A stretch of 64,000 nucleotides of DNA, taken from the NCBI RefSeq assembly GCF_028641065.1, contig NC_073379.1, forward strand, positions 102,858,001 to 102,922,000, written 5' to 3'. A program made the position numbers and the translations under genes. The stretch is from Leucoraja erinacea (taxonomy: Eukaryota). Positions 52,629 through 64,000 of this stretch are shown here, piece after piece; positions within the stretch are counted from its first letter, which is position 1, and the number at the start of each line of letters is the position of its first letter. A model generated the notes under the pieces. It had not been told where the DNA came from. It saw nothing but the letters and a program-made list of their open reading frames with translations, and ran no database searches.

Positions 52629-53145
52629 TCGGATTTCAATTTTAATTCTTGGAGAACATAGTTTTGACGACATTAATCGCACTCGTTATATGAAGCAAAA
52701 GGTCGTATAAAAAAAAATTAGTATAGAATCACAGAAAACCTGGTTTGGAACCAGGAAAAAAAAAATACAAAACAGATATAGATACACAGACACAGGACAA
52801 ATTTATAATTATTTGGAAAATGTTATTTTCCCCCTAATTTCTGATTTGTTTTAAAATGCGCATACGATGTTTTTTTTTAAATTTTACAAAAAAGAAAATA
52901 ATGACTAATATTTTACAAAATGATAAACAATGCTTGTGGTAAGTGTAGTTCTACATATGATGCAGTTCAGTTCTTTTTCACAGAATAAATCCCACAGTCA
53001 CCAGCTTGGCCTCTTGGAAGGTCCTTTTATTTTCACAGATATCATCCTATAGGAACTTTCAAGTCCTTGAATAGAGAGGGTGTCTCGCCTAAAATGCTTT
53101 TGTTTTTTTTTTTTGTTTTGTTTGGGGAGGGGTGTCCTTCTCTCA
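52600..53145 (-). other. NR2F1: NR2F1 3'UTR with a deeply conserved distal block (about 52605-52935)
   Basis: Minus strand CATCGTATGCGCAT...GGAAAATAACATTTTCCAAATAATTATAAA...TGTATCTATATCTGTTTTGTA...CTGGTTCCAAACCAG...CAAGAATTAAAATTGAA matches my recollection of the human NR2F1 (not NR2F2) 3'UTR. Confidence 0.8.
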
Positions 53146-53478
<333 letters not shown>

Positions 53479-53502
53479 TTAATCCTGGTTTATTGTTTTG
53501 AT

Positions 53503-53642
53503 NNNNNNNNNNNNNNNNNNNNNNNNNNNNNNNNNNNNNNNNNNNNNNNNNNNNNNNNNNNNNNNNNNNNNNNNNNNNNNNNNNNNNNNNNNNNNNNNNN
53601 NNNNNNNNNNNNNNNNNNNNNNNNNNNNNNNNNNNNNNNNNN
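53503..53642. other. Assembly gap (N run) in NR2F1 intron 2
   Basis: Ns. Confidence 1.
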
Positions 53643-55070
53643 ACCAGGTTCTGATAACGCGAATCTATTCTGCTGCAAATATTTCATTTTGATGGCATAA
53701 AAAACAGCAGAAACATTGGATTGAAGGTAACAAAGGCACCCTTAAAATATAAGTACAGATGTACGCCATTTCCCACAGAGAACCGAGCAAGAGACACCAG
53801 TGTCCGGGAACATTGTGTGATAGATACTGCTATGTGTTATTGTTTACAGCACACACTTTCTGTGCATTCCACTTCGATATGGTTTATTTTCAATTAATTC
53901 TACAGAACACAGTGTAACCGAGTACCGAATTAGATGAAACAAGTGTAAAAGGCAAGACGTACTAACCACGCATACATCACTCACACAAAAAAGGACAACC
54001 CTTATATGCTGTGAAATCTCTCCTTTTTCTGGCAGTTTTGTACGGCAACTATGTTAACGAAGTGGCTATGTTGTACGTAACGCTTTCCAATGAATATAGA
54101 AATATAGTCTATTGAAGACAATGTTAATTCTAGTGCCTGGTGGCTGTAGTTTTACACAAATGTTATGTGAAATTACGTTTGGTAAATAAAAATAATGCAA
54201 TGAATGAGTGTGCGATATTTGCTGAACCCTGTCGAATTTGAAACATTTTGTGGAACAAAAAGCGCCAGATATTTTACGCTTTATTTCAGGAAAAGATCTT
54301 GGACGATTTGTAAAAATGTATCCGCGTAGATCTCGTATTTTAGCAAGTGGATTAATGTAGTAAAATAGGAAGTTTGGGTCACGACCCCGCACTTGGACAG
54401 CGTCCAGAACGAGAGGTTGAAAATGCTATCCAGAAACTAAGGTAAAACCACAACAATCCTAATGCAGGCTTCAGTAACTTGAAGCGGCCTTCACTCACAC
54501 ACCAGCGGGAAAGAAAATGGCACAAAAAAGCACCATCTCCATTATCTAAAAACTCTTCGCTCTGGAGAACTTGGACAGCTTCTCGGAAAGGTTTCCAATG
54601 AATTCCCCTCTGGCTAAAAATCAAAACAAGTTTGGTCAAAACTGGGAGAGGTACTCGTGGTGGCGGTGGGGAGGTGGATGTGAGTGGTATTGCGGATATA
54701 ACGCATTGGGACATCTATATTCTTTATTTTCCTGCAATAATCGGAACGGCCAATTATTTATCTTTTGTTTTACCTTTCTCTGATTTTGCTTTATTTACCA
54801 GCAGATTACAAGATGAAGGGATAATTTACGTAGATTCAAGGGGTGTACAAAACAGGATTAATTTGTAATATTTTCTGATCATTTTTCCCAAGTTGTTTAA
54901 TAAAACGTGCTGTATAAAATGATGTATTGGTATAAAGCCTGATTCATATCACTCATACATAAATAACCCGGAATGGTATATGTCTCCTTGCTCCTGCTAT
55001 ACTGGGGGAACGGCATTATTGATTTAGATCCAATGTACTCAACTTTCTTTCTCATTCGCTTTTCGAGCTA

Positions 55071-55685
<615 letters not shown>

Positions 55686-56326
55686 TCATTACTATTATTA
55701 ATTGCAGTTTTAAAAAAAGTTCACAGATAAACAATGTCATTTCTTAACGCAAAATTTAAATATGCGACAATGTTAGAAATAAGACGTATAAAATAGAAAA
55801 AATACTAAATATAGCTTTACCCGTAGAAGCAGACCACATTATGTCTGTGAAACAAATCGCAAGCACATAACATTGCAGAAGAATCGCTGGATTGCAAAAA
55901 CCCACCCCAACTGTACCACCCACCCACGGTTACAATTGGAAAAATCTCCAAACATCTAATGCATGAATGCAAACGATTAACTTACAATTACAGGGGGTGG
56001 GGGGGAAAGACCGATGTATTAACCATTTGAATCCACAAAAATATGCAGCCATGCTTGTAATTGTTAAACTCTATCAACTTTGAAGCTAGGGGATGGGAAA
56101 TATTTTTTGACTTAGCCGAAATGAAAATGTATATTTATTATTAGGAATATCTATTGGCATTTTTTTTTCAGTATCAATTGTATTTTACAATTCATTGGTT
56201 AGATTGCTCTGTTTTGGGATGAGCAAACGCCAAAGCATTTGATAAGACCAAATCACATGAACACGGTGAGAAATGTCAAGCTCTGATCTCACATTTACAG
56301 CGACGATAAGTAAAAAAAATATTCAC

Positions 56327-56771
56327 CTTCCCGTCTCATCCCAACTTTGAGGCATTTCTTCAGGCGACAGTATTGGCACTGATTGCGGTGGTGTTGGTCT
56401 ATAGGACAATTCCGGTTGGCACGACATGTGTACGTTAAGTTTCGCCGAACACTTCTCTTGAAGAAACTTTTGCAGCCCTCACATGTGAACTGGCCGTAGT
56501 GCTTGCCGCTAGATTTATCCCCACACACGACACACTCGATGTGTTGCTGCTGCTGGCTGGGCTGCTGCTTCTCGCCGCCTGGCTGGACACTCTGACTGCT
56601 GCCCCCGAGCGGGGTGGAAGGCGGCCCCGGTTGGCCCGGAGTCTGCGGGGTGTGTGGAGCACCCGACGCCGCCTGCTGCTGCTGGCCCGGCTGCGCTTGT
56701 GCAGACTGGCCGCCCTGAGCTCCGGCCACGTCGTCCTGTGGAGCTCGCCAAGTACTAACTACCATTGCCAT
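56327..56771 (-). CDS. NR2F1: NR2F1 exon 1 coding part, A/B domain and C4 zinc-finger DBD
   Basis: GAGATATGGCAATGG start; [17 protein letters not shown]...[46 protein letters not shown]...VGMRRE; donor GAAG|gtgaat. Exons sum to 445+528+275=1248 nt, 415 aa. Confidence 0.96.
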
Positions 56772-56869
56772 ATCTCGGGCCCAAAAAGTGCGGGAAAACA
56801 AGTTGGTCGCACGGATTTTTTTTGTCCTGTGGGTAGGGAGCAGAGTTGGATGGTGGTAACAGAAATGAG

Positions 56870-56900
<31 letters not shown>

Positions 56901-56923
56901 ATAGAGAGAGAGAGAGAGAGAGA
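56870..56923. repeat. (GA)n/(CT)n microsatellite in the NR2F1 leader
   Basis: Direct reading; polypyrimidine on the transcribed strand. Confidence 0.9.
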
Positions 56924-57499
56924 GGGGGGAAAAGGAATACAACTGCGATCAAAGCAACTCACTCAGACACACACACACAGGGAGCAGTGAATGAATGAGT
57001 GTGCGTTGATCACCAGTAACCGAAACAAATGGGCAGCAAAAAGAAAGAATTAAAAAAATATCCCGATCAGGGGAAGCAAGTGTCGGGAGGCCAGATCCAG
57101 GGCAACACGCAGTCAGCCATTCAGGAAAGCAATATAGGAGAGAACGAGGGGTTAAAGATTATGGGAGTTGGGGGTGGGGGGGAAAGGAAAGAAACGATCA
57201 CAATTCGAGGGGACACACACAGAAAAAAAATAACCACGCGATCCGAAGTAAAGTATGGCGAGTGTTAAATCCCTTCTTCTCCGAAGATCTGAATTGTCAG
57301 AGAAAAAAAAACTCACCAGGACAAAAAAAAAGGCCGGCCGACGCTAAAACGCCCTATTTTCACCTCTCATGCGGAGTGGAGAGAGAAAGGGAGGAAAGAA
57401 AAAACAACTGATAGAATATGCAAGGGGGAGACAAAATGAATGCGTTTAAACGGGGAGACTAGCGGAGCAATTTTTCCGAAGGGGGATCTGCGCGAATGT

Positions 57500-57690
57500 C
57501 TGTATATAGTGAACTTTGACACTACTATTGAAACTGACACGTTTCTATGGAGATCGCTGCCTTATATGGAGCTCATGTCAAGGAGCCAAGAGAGGGGCTG
57601 TTGGCAACTGATAATCAAAGGCGACTGGTCATAGCCCTGAATTGGGGCTGGGGAGTCTAAGGTTAGCCAGCCTCCTGCTCACTATTGGTT
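57500..57690 (-). promoter_or_regulatory. NR2F1: NR2F1 core/proximal promoter
   Basis: Minus strand: CCAAT boxes (57684-57688, 57641-57645), TCF/LEF CTTTGAT (57614-57620), CArG CCATATAAGG (57560-57569), DR1 GTGTCA-A-AGTTCA (57510-57522) abutting TATATA (57503-57508). The DR1-TATA arrangement is known from COUP-TF promoters. Confidence 0.8.
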
Positions 57691-58955
57691 AGCCGGCTTA
57701 TTTATTACCTACGACGCTCTGACAAGCAAAATTTACATTAGATCTCCTGCGCTGGTATTTACTTTGAGACCTTATTAGTATGGGTCGCTTGTGGTCACCG
57801 CAAAAAAGCGAAACCCAGGACCCCGTGCTTGTAGTAAAACAATGCAGCGAGCAGCCTCGAAATGTCACATTATCACAAAAGTTAGTTGACAATCAAACTT
57901 TCTCTTTGTATTTAAGAAGTCTATTGTTGGAAAATAAATAAATAAAACAGACACCCTCCTGTCTTTTGTGTCAAAGAGAAAAAGCACTCCGTTTTTTCCT
58001 CTTGTAATATTAATTCGGCGAGCGACCTATTTTTTTTTTTAATATATTTCATTTTTATTCTGCTTTTGGATTGCGCTTTGAGGCACCGCTGCAATGCCGG
58101 TGAGATTTCAATTGTGATTTGCAGAAGAAGAAAAGTTGCCATTGTCTTGAAGACCGGGGAGCTGTGCTTGCAAGTGTAGGATAAGTCCAGCAGAAAGTGC
58201 GGAGGCTGTTAACGTGTTTGACGTAAATTAAATCTCAGAACAGCTGTATCCGGCTGCCATCTAGCGTACAGTAGACAATTATCAAATATAATACACACAC
58301 CCAGCCGGATAATCCACCAGATGGGCTTTTATTGAGGGATTTGTTTAATGCGAATAATTTATTGAATTTTAAAGTAAGTATTTTTAAACTTTTAATCCAA
58401 ATGTTATTAACCCTAAAATTTAGGAATTAATCATTAAATGAGCGGGAAAGGAGAATCCCCCCTGTTCAAGTATCACAAATTATTATTTGTTTCTCATTGT
58501 TCCATCTTGCCCTGCTCCACACATGCATTCTGAAATGTCAAACATTATTCCTAGTTTCTTTTATCACCTATTTTCTTTAAAAACAATTGATGTAACAATA
58601 CACCTTTTATCTTTGAGACGCAAATAGACCATCAGCGACAAACAGCACAATCCTACAAAATTAATAAACATACAGATTCCGTGCTATCCGTATTTAGTTA
58701 GTACATTTGGTGCAAAAAAAAACTAAATGCAAACTCCTAAAGCCACGCCATTGATATACCCCATAGAGGTTTCTTAGCAGTTTTCAGAAATATTTTATAG
58801 TAGAAACACACATGTAAATTTGACTATCAAGTTTATTTTTGATAAAAGGAGCTGCATGTTTGCATCTTGCCTTGATTAAATACTACAAACGCATTGCATC
58901 CTCAACCGCCCCTTTTGTATATGCATTGATGAAACGCCGTTATTGACTATGCAAC

Positions 58956-59127
58956 NNNNNNNNNNNNNNNNNNNNNNNNNNNNNNNNNNNNNNNNNNNNN
59001 NNNNNNNNNNNNNNNNNNNNNNNNNNNNNNNNNNNNNNNNNNNNNNNNNNNNNNNNNNNNNNNNNNNNNNNNNNNNNNNNNNNNNNNNNNNNNNNNNNNN
59101 NNNNNNNNNNNNNNNNNNNNNNNNNNN
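58956..59127. other. Assembly gap (N run)
   Basis: Ns. Confidence 1.
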
Positions 59128-62100
59128 AGTCTCAGCCATGGCTTATGATTAGTGAAAAGGTGAAACGAATAAGATTAGAGGGGACAAAGGAAAAATTCTG
59201 TAAGTGTATCATCAGGGGTTTCCTCCTCAGAATGGGATAGAGTGGACATTGGAAGGGAGGCTGCCTCTCTTCTTGCAACTTGCTTGAAGTGTAAAGATCT
59301 TTAAGCAGGCACCTGTAAGCGGCGGGATCGCGAGTCGGCAAAGCAAGCCAGCAGGCAAGTACCAACTTCACTTTCATTGTCTCTATTCCACTTGGCTTTT
59401 AGCAATGCCGCTTCAAACTAGTCCGCGGCTGGCTGAAACGTGACAAATCTTGTTAACTCAGCCTCAAACATGACGCCGACCAAAGACTGCTTTATGTGGG
59501 TCGGAAACAAATATTTATCACTGTTAATTGCACAAGACGCACTGGGATAATAAGGCTGATCGCGACGGAGCAGTTCCCCCACGCTCGCTACATCGTTTTT
59601 CGAGGCCATTCTGGTGCGTATTTGCAAAAGAAAAGGGGCGGCGATGAATGTATTAATGTAGAGTGTGTTTTTGATATCCACTGATGCCGGCTTTAATATG
59701 TAGGCTGTGTACTTATAGCGCAGTGGGGCAGAATTCCATCTTCCCGTGTCAGTTTATGCGATCTTGTGTAAAAAAAAAAAAAATCGAGGGCGCTGTGGAA
59801 ACCAAGGCAGACTAACTTGTGCGGCTCTGAAAGTAAGCTTCTCACCTGCACTATTTGTTGTTTGATCACCTAATGAAAAGATCGATCGGCCAATGTTTGG
59901 CTAAGCGATAGTGTCAACAGATAAAGGAACAGTAAAATGATCGACTGTGCCGGTATACAGGGACACAATACACACACTGCTACCACCCGCCCGATCCCTC
60001 AGTCTCTCTCAGTGCTCCCTCGCCCTCTCTTTTTGTGCTGCTCCATTTCAATTAACACAGCAGTATGGTGTTAGAAGGCAGCGCAGGAGATGAAAGTTCA
60101 GCGCCGTAAGTTAAAGAGAAATACGGGATGCAATGCTCGGCTCGCATCCGAAAAAAAAAATAAGTGGGGTTTGCTGAGGGTGGGAGGGCATGTTGTGGTA
60201 ATTGCAACGGAGAGGCGCTCTGGGGGGTGGGGGCTGGGGGGACACGGAAAGCTCCTCGTTGGGTGGTAGAATGGTTTCAGGCTGGGGCAGAGAGAGGATG
60301 AGCCGGTGGCATAGCGGCCTGGAGTCGCTACATTTCATGCGTTCTAACTTCCATACATTCCGGCATTCATGGCCATACCTCGACTCTTGCTGTACCTGTC
60401 AGAGGGCGTCCGGCTGTATGACTTTGTTACTCTTCTACTTATTTTAGCATCTGTGGATCAGAGTCGCTTTCCAAGGTGCATTCAAAAATTCACTCACATT
60501 CAGTCCTCGCACTGAAAAACAAAACAAGCACATTTCTGGTTACATTTCACGTCTGTGGGTTTTATTTAAAAAAATTACAGGTATTTAAATAAGATCGCGG
60601 GCCATTGCTTCGTCCAACAAATTAATTTCCCCGGCTAGATGTTACTCGAGTAACCTTGAATTCAGGTTGTTGAGGACTTCTTCAGATATGTCCAAATGCA
60701 ATCTTATACATGTTGAAATAAACGTTAACCGTGATAACAATTCATATACACTCCATCCAGGGAGAAGATTTTTCAGTGGAAAATTAATGCATTTTCCCTT
60801 CATTTTTCCAACCAACCCACCCACCAAGAGCATCTGGCTTGTAGACATTTGTAAATCTCAAAAGAAAAAAAAGGCTGGTCTTTTAGTTAGATCTCCTCCC
60901 CCCAGTTAAGGCCGCTGACCTGTCCCATTGCCCAAGATTTTTTTTTTGCCGAACTCCCGAGGGCAAAAAAAAGAAAGAGAATTTTAACTTTTCCAGCTGC
61001 ATCGAGTCAGCTACGGTGCAAAACTTTTTTTTTTAATGTCAAGTTTTCTTCCAGTTTTCTTCATCAAATGCAAACATGCACTGTGAACCATTTAAAGGAC
61101 AAGTCTGAGTTTTAAGCACCTGATTTTCACTTGCGCCGATCAACTAAAAGACACTGATATCATAAACCATGAAGTACACTCAATGCCTTTCGAGTTTGTG
61201 CTGCACTTTTATCTGTTCCGTATTCTCACGGTATTGCAGCACAAAGTTGGTCGCCTGAACGATGGCCCAGCTAATACTAAAATGGTTTATGCCTCCAGAA
61301 CGCACAGGACACTTATTTTCAGGTAAACAACTAAAGCACAAAACACTGCTAGCTTCCCTGACCGATCATTTAAAATGTCCTATGTGTCCTGCAGCTAAAT
61401 CTCATTACATTTAATCTTCAATAAATATGGCGAACAATTCGAGGTGAAATTCAGTGGTGGACTGAGGCAGGCTGAATCCTACACTATATGGTGCATCTTT
61501 TCTGTGCTTCGTTCTGTCCAGAAAGTTGTGTTTTAGTCACAGTAGGGTAGTGACAGATGCGAAAAGGTTTAGCTGTTTATATAAGCAATTCCGGGTTTCT
61601 GGATATTTTTACTCAACTGTAAACAGGCACGGAGAACTTTTAGGTCACATCGTACGTGTGATAATAACAGCCAGATGTTTAAAACACATAAAATATACAC
61701 GAAGCTTTTTTTTTTCCTTAAAAAAAAAGCTAACTCTCGTTCTTTAAGTCTCTTGAAGCGTCAAAGAGAAGAGGAGGGGCCCTTTGTCCGAATTCAGCCC
61801 TGGGTATTCTCGGGGTGAATTTGGTGTGAAAGAGACGGCAAGGTCACTTGACATCGCCTTTTATCTACTGGCATTTTCTCTGTGGATCATCGGATCTGAA
61901 TAGACACATCTAATCGCACTTAATGGAAACTTGGCGAGAAAGCGAGAGCCCGCCTTCACCTGCATTTACCGTTAGAATCAGCGCAGCTAATTGCCTCACA
62001 CCCATTGCTTTAATATAATCTCAAAAACAAATCGAAAGCCTTAGGAATTCTTGGAGGCTTTCTAATTGGCTTGTAATAAACCCAAATTTTAACTCAATCC

Positions 62101-63934
62101 TCTTCCATTGACATGTCTGAGGGTGCTCTAAGTGAGCAAGTTTGTAATGAACGTGATAGATTTAGATGATAATACTACTGGCGATGGCAAAACAGTTCAG
62201 TGTTCAAAACTTTTGCAAATACGTTGCTGCTGCGAACTCCTAGCATCTCTTGCTTCGTTTAGCAATCCATGCACCAGTTTCTAACAACAATAGAATGGAT
62301 AAATCATTCTAACCATTGTTTTGTTTTTTACCCTAAAGCGAGTTTTTGAGAATATTTGATATTCTTCTCATTGACAACCTAGCCACCCTCTGCATAAAAC
62401 AGAAAACCCCCAGCCGTATTTGCGGCAATGTTTGCAAACATTATTGTCTATACTTGCTGGAACAATACTAATACTAGGCGACTTAGAGTCAATAGATGTA
62501 CGATTCTAACAGCGTATTTAATGGCCAAGACTAACACTAAATAAGCCGAAAGCTTCCATTTCGCTGCCATAACGAGTCGCATAAAAGACAAAAACAAACA
62601 CGGTATTATTTTAGAAATGCAGCACCTTTCAAAATTGGAACACATGTAATGCAAATAGACGTTAGTTGTGTTACAAAACAAAAGTAGCTCATAGTCGAAC
62701 AAGACAAGAAGATATTTGAACAATGCGAATAAAGTGCACACTGATATGGCTAAACATTCACAACATAGCCTCTGGATGTGAACTTAAAGTGCACACCAGA
62801 TTAAATGAAACGTTAGATCAAAATGGTTTGATGCAATAGTAAAGCTTTCAACTTTCACAAATTGTCGATGTGAAAGTTTTTTCCCCCGATTATTTAGCCA
62901 TGGAATATGCCTTCAGAGCAGTAGTGTTTCAGCAGTTGTTTTTTGAGCAAGTACTAATCGCAAACAATGATGTTAAGATTACTTTTATAATTAGACGGTC
63001 GTTGGATCTTGTTGGAAGGACTGTCAGATACAGCTATAGGTAATTGCTTTATTGCCCACAAAACCGCCATCTATTTAGAACATATGTGCTAATTACGGTG
63101 GATGGGCGTATAAACAGACACCATGAATCTATTAGGACCGAAAAACACCATTGACTGTTTAAGTTTAATGCTCTATTTACAACTAATAAACATAGTTCCA
63201 TCATCTCGCAGTAGTAGGCAAGTGATGTTTTTTTGCGGATGGGAAAAAGTTCGATAGATACACATTATCAAACTTTCCCTCTGTCCTTTTAGTTATATCC
63301 GTGTACCTATTCACTGAACCAAATTGAGCCAAATTGTTTTGAGTTAAGTGGATTCTCATGATCGATAGTTTCAATTGTTCAAGTAAAAGTTTGCAAACTT
63401 TCACTTAACACATTAATGGCAATCTTGGCTCTTCAATACCATTCTGATCAGATGGTATTTACTTTTGTGGAAGTAGTCAACCTTTCTGGTAGTGACGAGT
63501 ACTTGGCTAAATGGTCTGACAGTAATAACTTGATATCCTTTTCTGGACATTCTTCACATTAGCTGTTATTCTATATGAAAAGCCTGTTGTTGCATGTCCT
63601 CATTCCCATTTTCTCTATCAACCTCGTCAGTTGAAAATACTGTAGTGTTAAACTTGTATTTGTATGAACTGGCAGTTTGGTTATTGTGCTGTTTGATTCA
63701 GTCGTGGTATTAATTGTTGGAGGTAGGTTTAAATAGTCCATGCGAAAAGATTTTTCTTAAAAAGTTTCCAAGCTCTGTTTCCCGACAAATATCAAGTACA
63801 ATTGGGGTTTGTGGGACCGAGAAACAGAGGTGCGTGATTTGTGGAAATGAATCAGCAAGAAGACTCTTAGATATATAGATGGCAGCGGGATCGTTCATGT
63901 ATCCCACTATTAAGTACTTCAGATTTTAAGCGTG

Positions 63935-64000
63935 GATCTGTTTGTTGCGCCGGAGCCTTTGACCGAGAAGGTTTCGGGTTTAAGTCCCACTCCGTTTATT
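63935..64000 (+). mobile_element. Possible ancient tRNA-headed SINE (DeuSINE-like) head at the window edge
   Basis: gagaaggtttcgggtttaagtcccactcc resembles the B-box region gaaggttgtgggttcaagtcccactcc; truncated. Confidence 0.3.

Noticed and set aside
56772-56942. 57-aa N-terminal extension of NR2F1 in the ORF track
   Set aside because: Begins at a non-ATG codon and translates a (CT)n microsatellite; the conserved start is MAMVV at 56771.
56499-56990. 163-aa plus-strand ORF antisense to NR2F1 exon 1
   Set aside because: Shadow of GC-rich coding sequence plus (GA)n repeat; non-ATG start.

Overview
Vertebrate genomic DNA, most likely a cartilaginous fish (skate/ray-type HE1 V-SINE, CR1 and Penelope repeats; inference). 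The window covers the tail-to-tail FAM172A(ARB2A)/NR2F1 locus. About 1-24.9 kb is the TE-rich last intron of FAM172A (+). The FAM172A terminal coding exon, missed by the ORF track, is at 24896-25047, followed by a long 3'UTR to about 29 kb. The complete 3-exon NR2F1 (COUP-TFI) CDS is on the minus strand (56771-56327, 55603-55076, 53420-53146; 415 aa), with its DR1/TATA/CArG promoter at about 57.5 kb. From about 29.2 kb to the end the sequence is AT-rich but CpG-retaining and almost TE-free, consistent with a methylation valley or genomic regulatory block. Most notable observations: (1) a candidate NR2F1 5'UTR intron whose donor and acceptor lie in a perfect 14-bp inverted repeat; (2) a multi-layer nested TE cluster built around a CGGBP-like hAT transposon, carrying a Penelope hammerhead core; (3) a near-consensus REST/RE1 site downstream of NR2F1; (4) an apparent homolog of the human MIR2277 region in the FAM172A 3'UTR; (5) a garbled CR1 copy suggesting a collapsed heterozygous insertion. 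No clearly novel protein-coding system was found. All comparisons to human sequences are from memory and need alignment. There are three assembly gaps.
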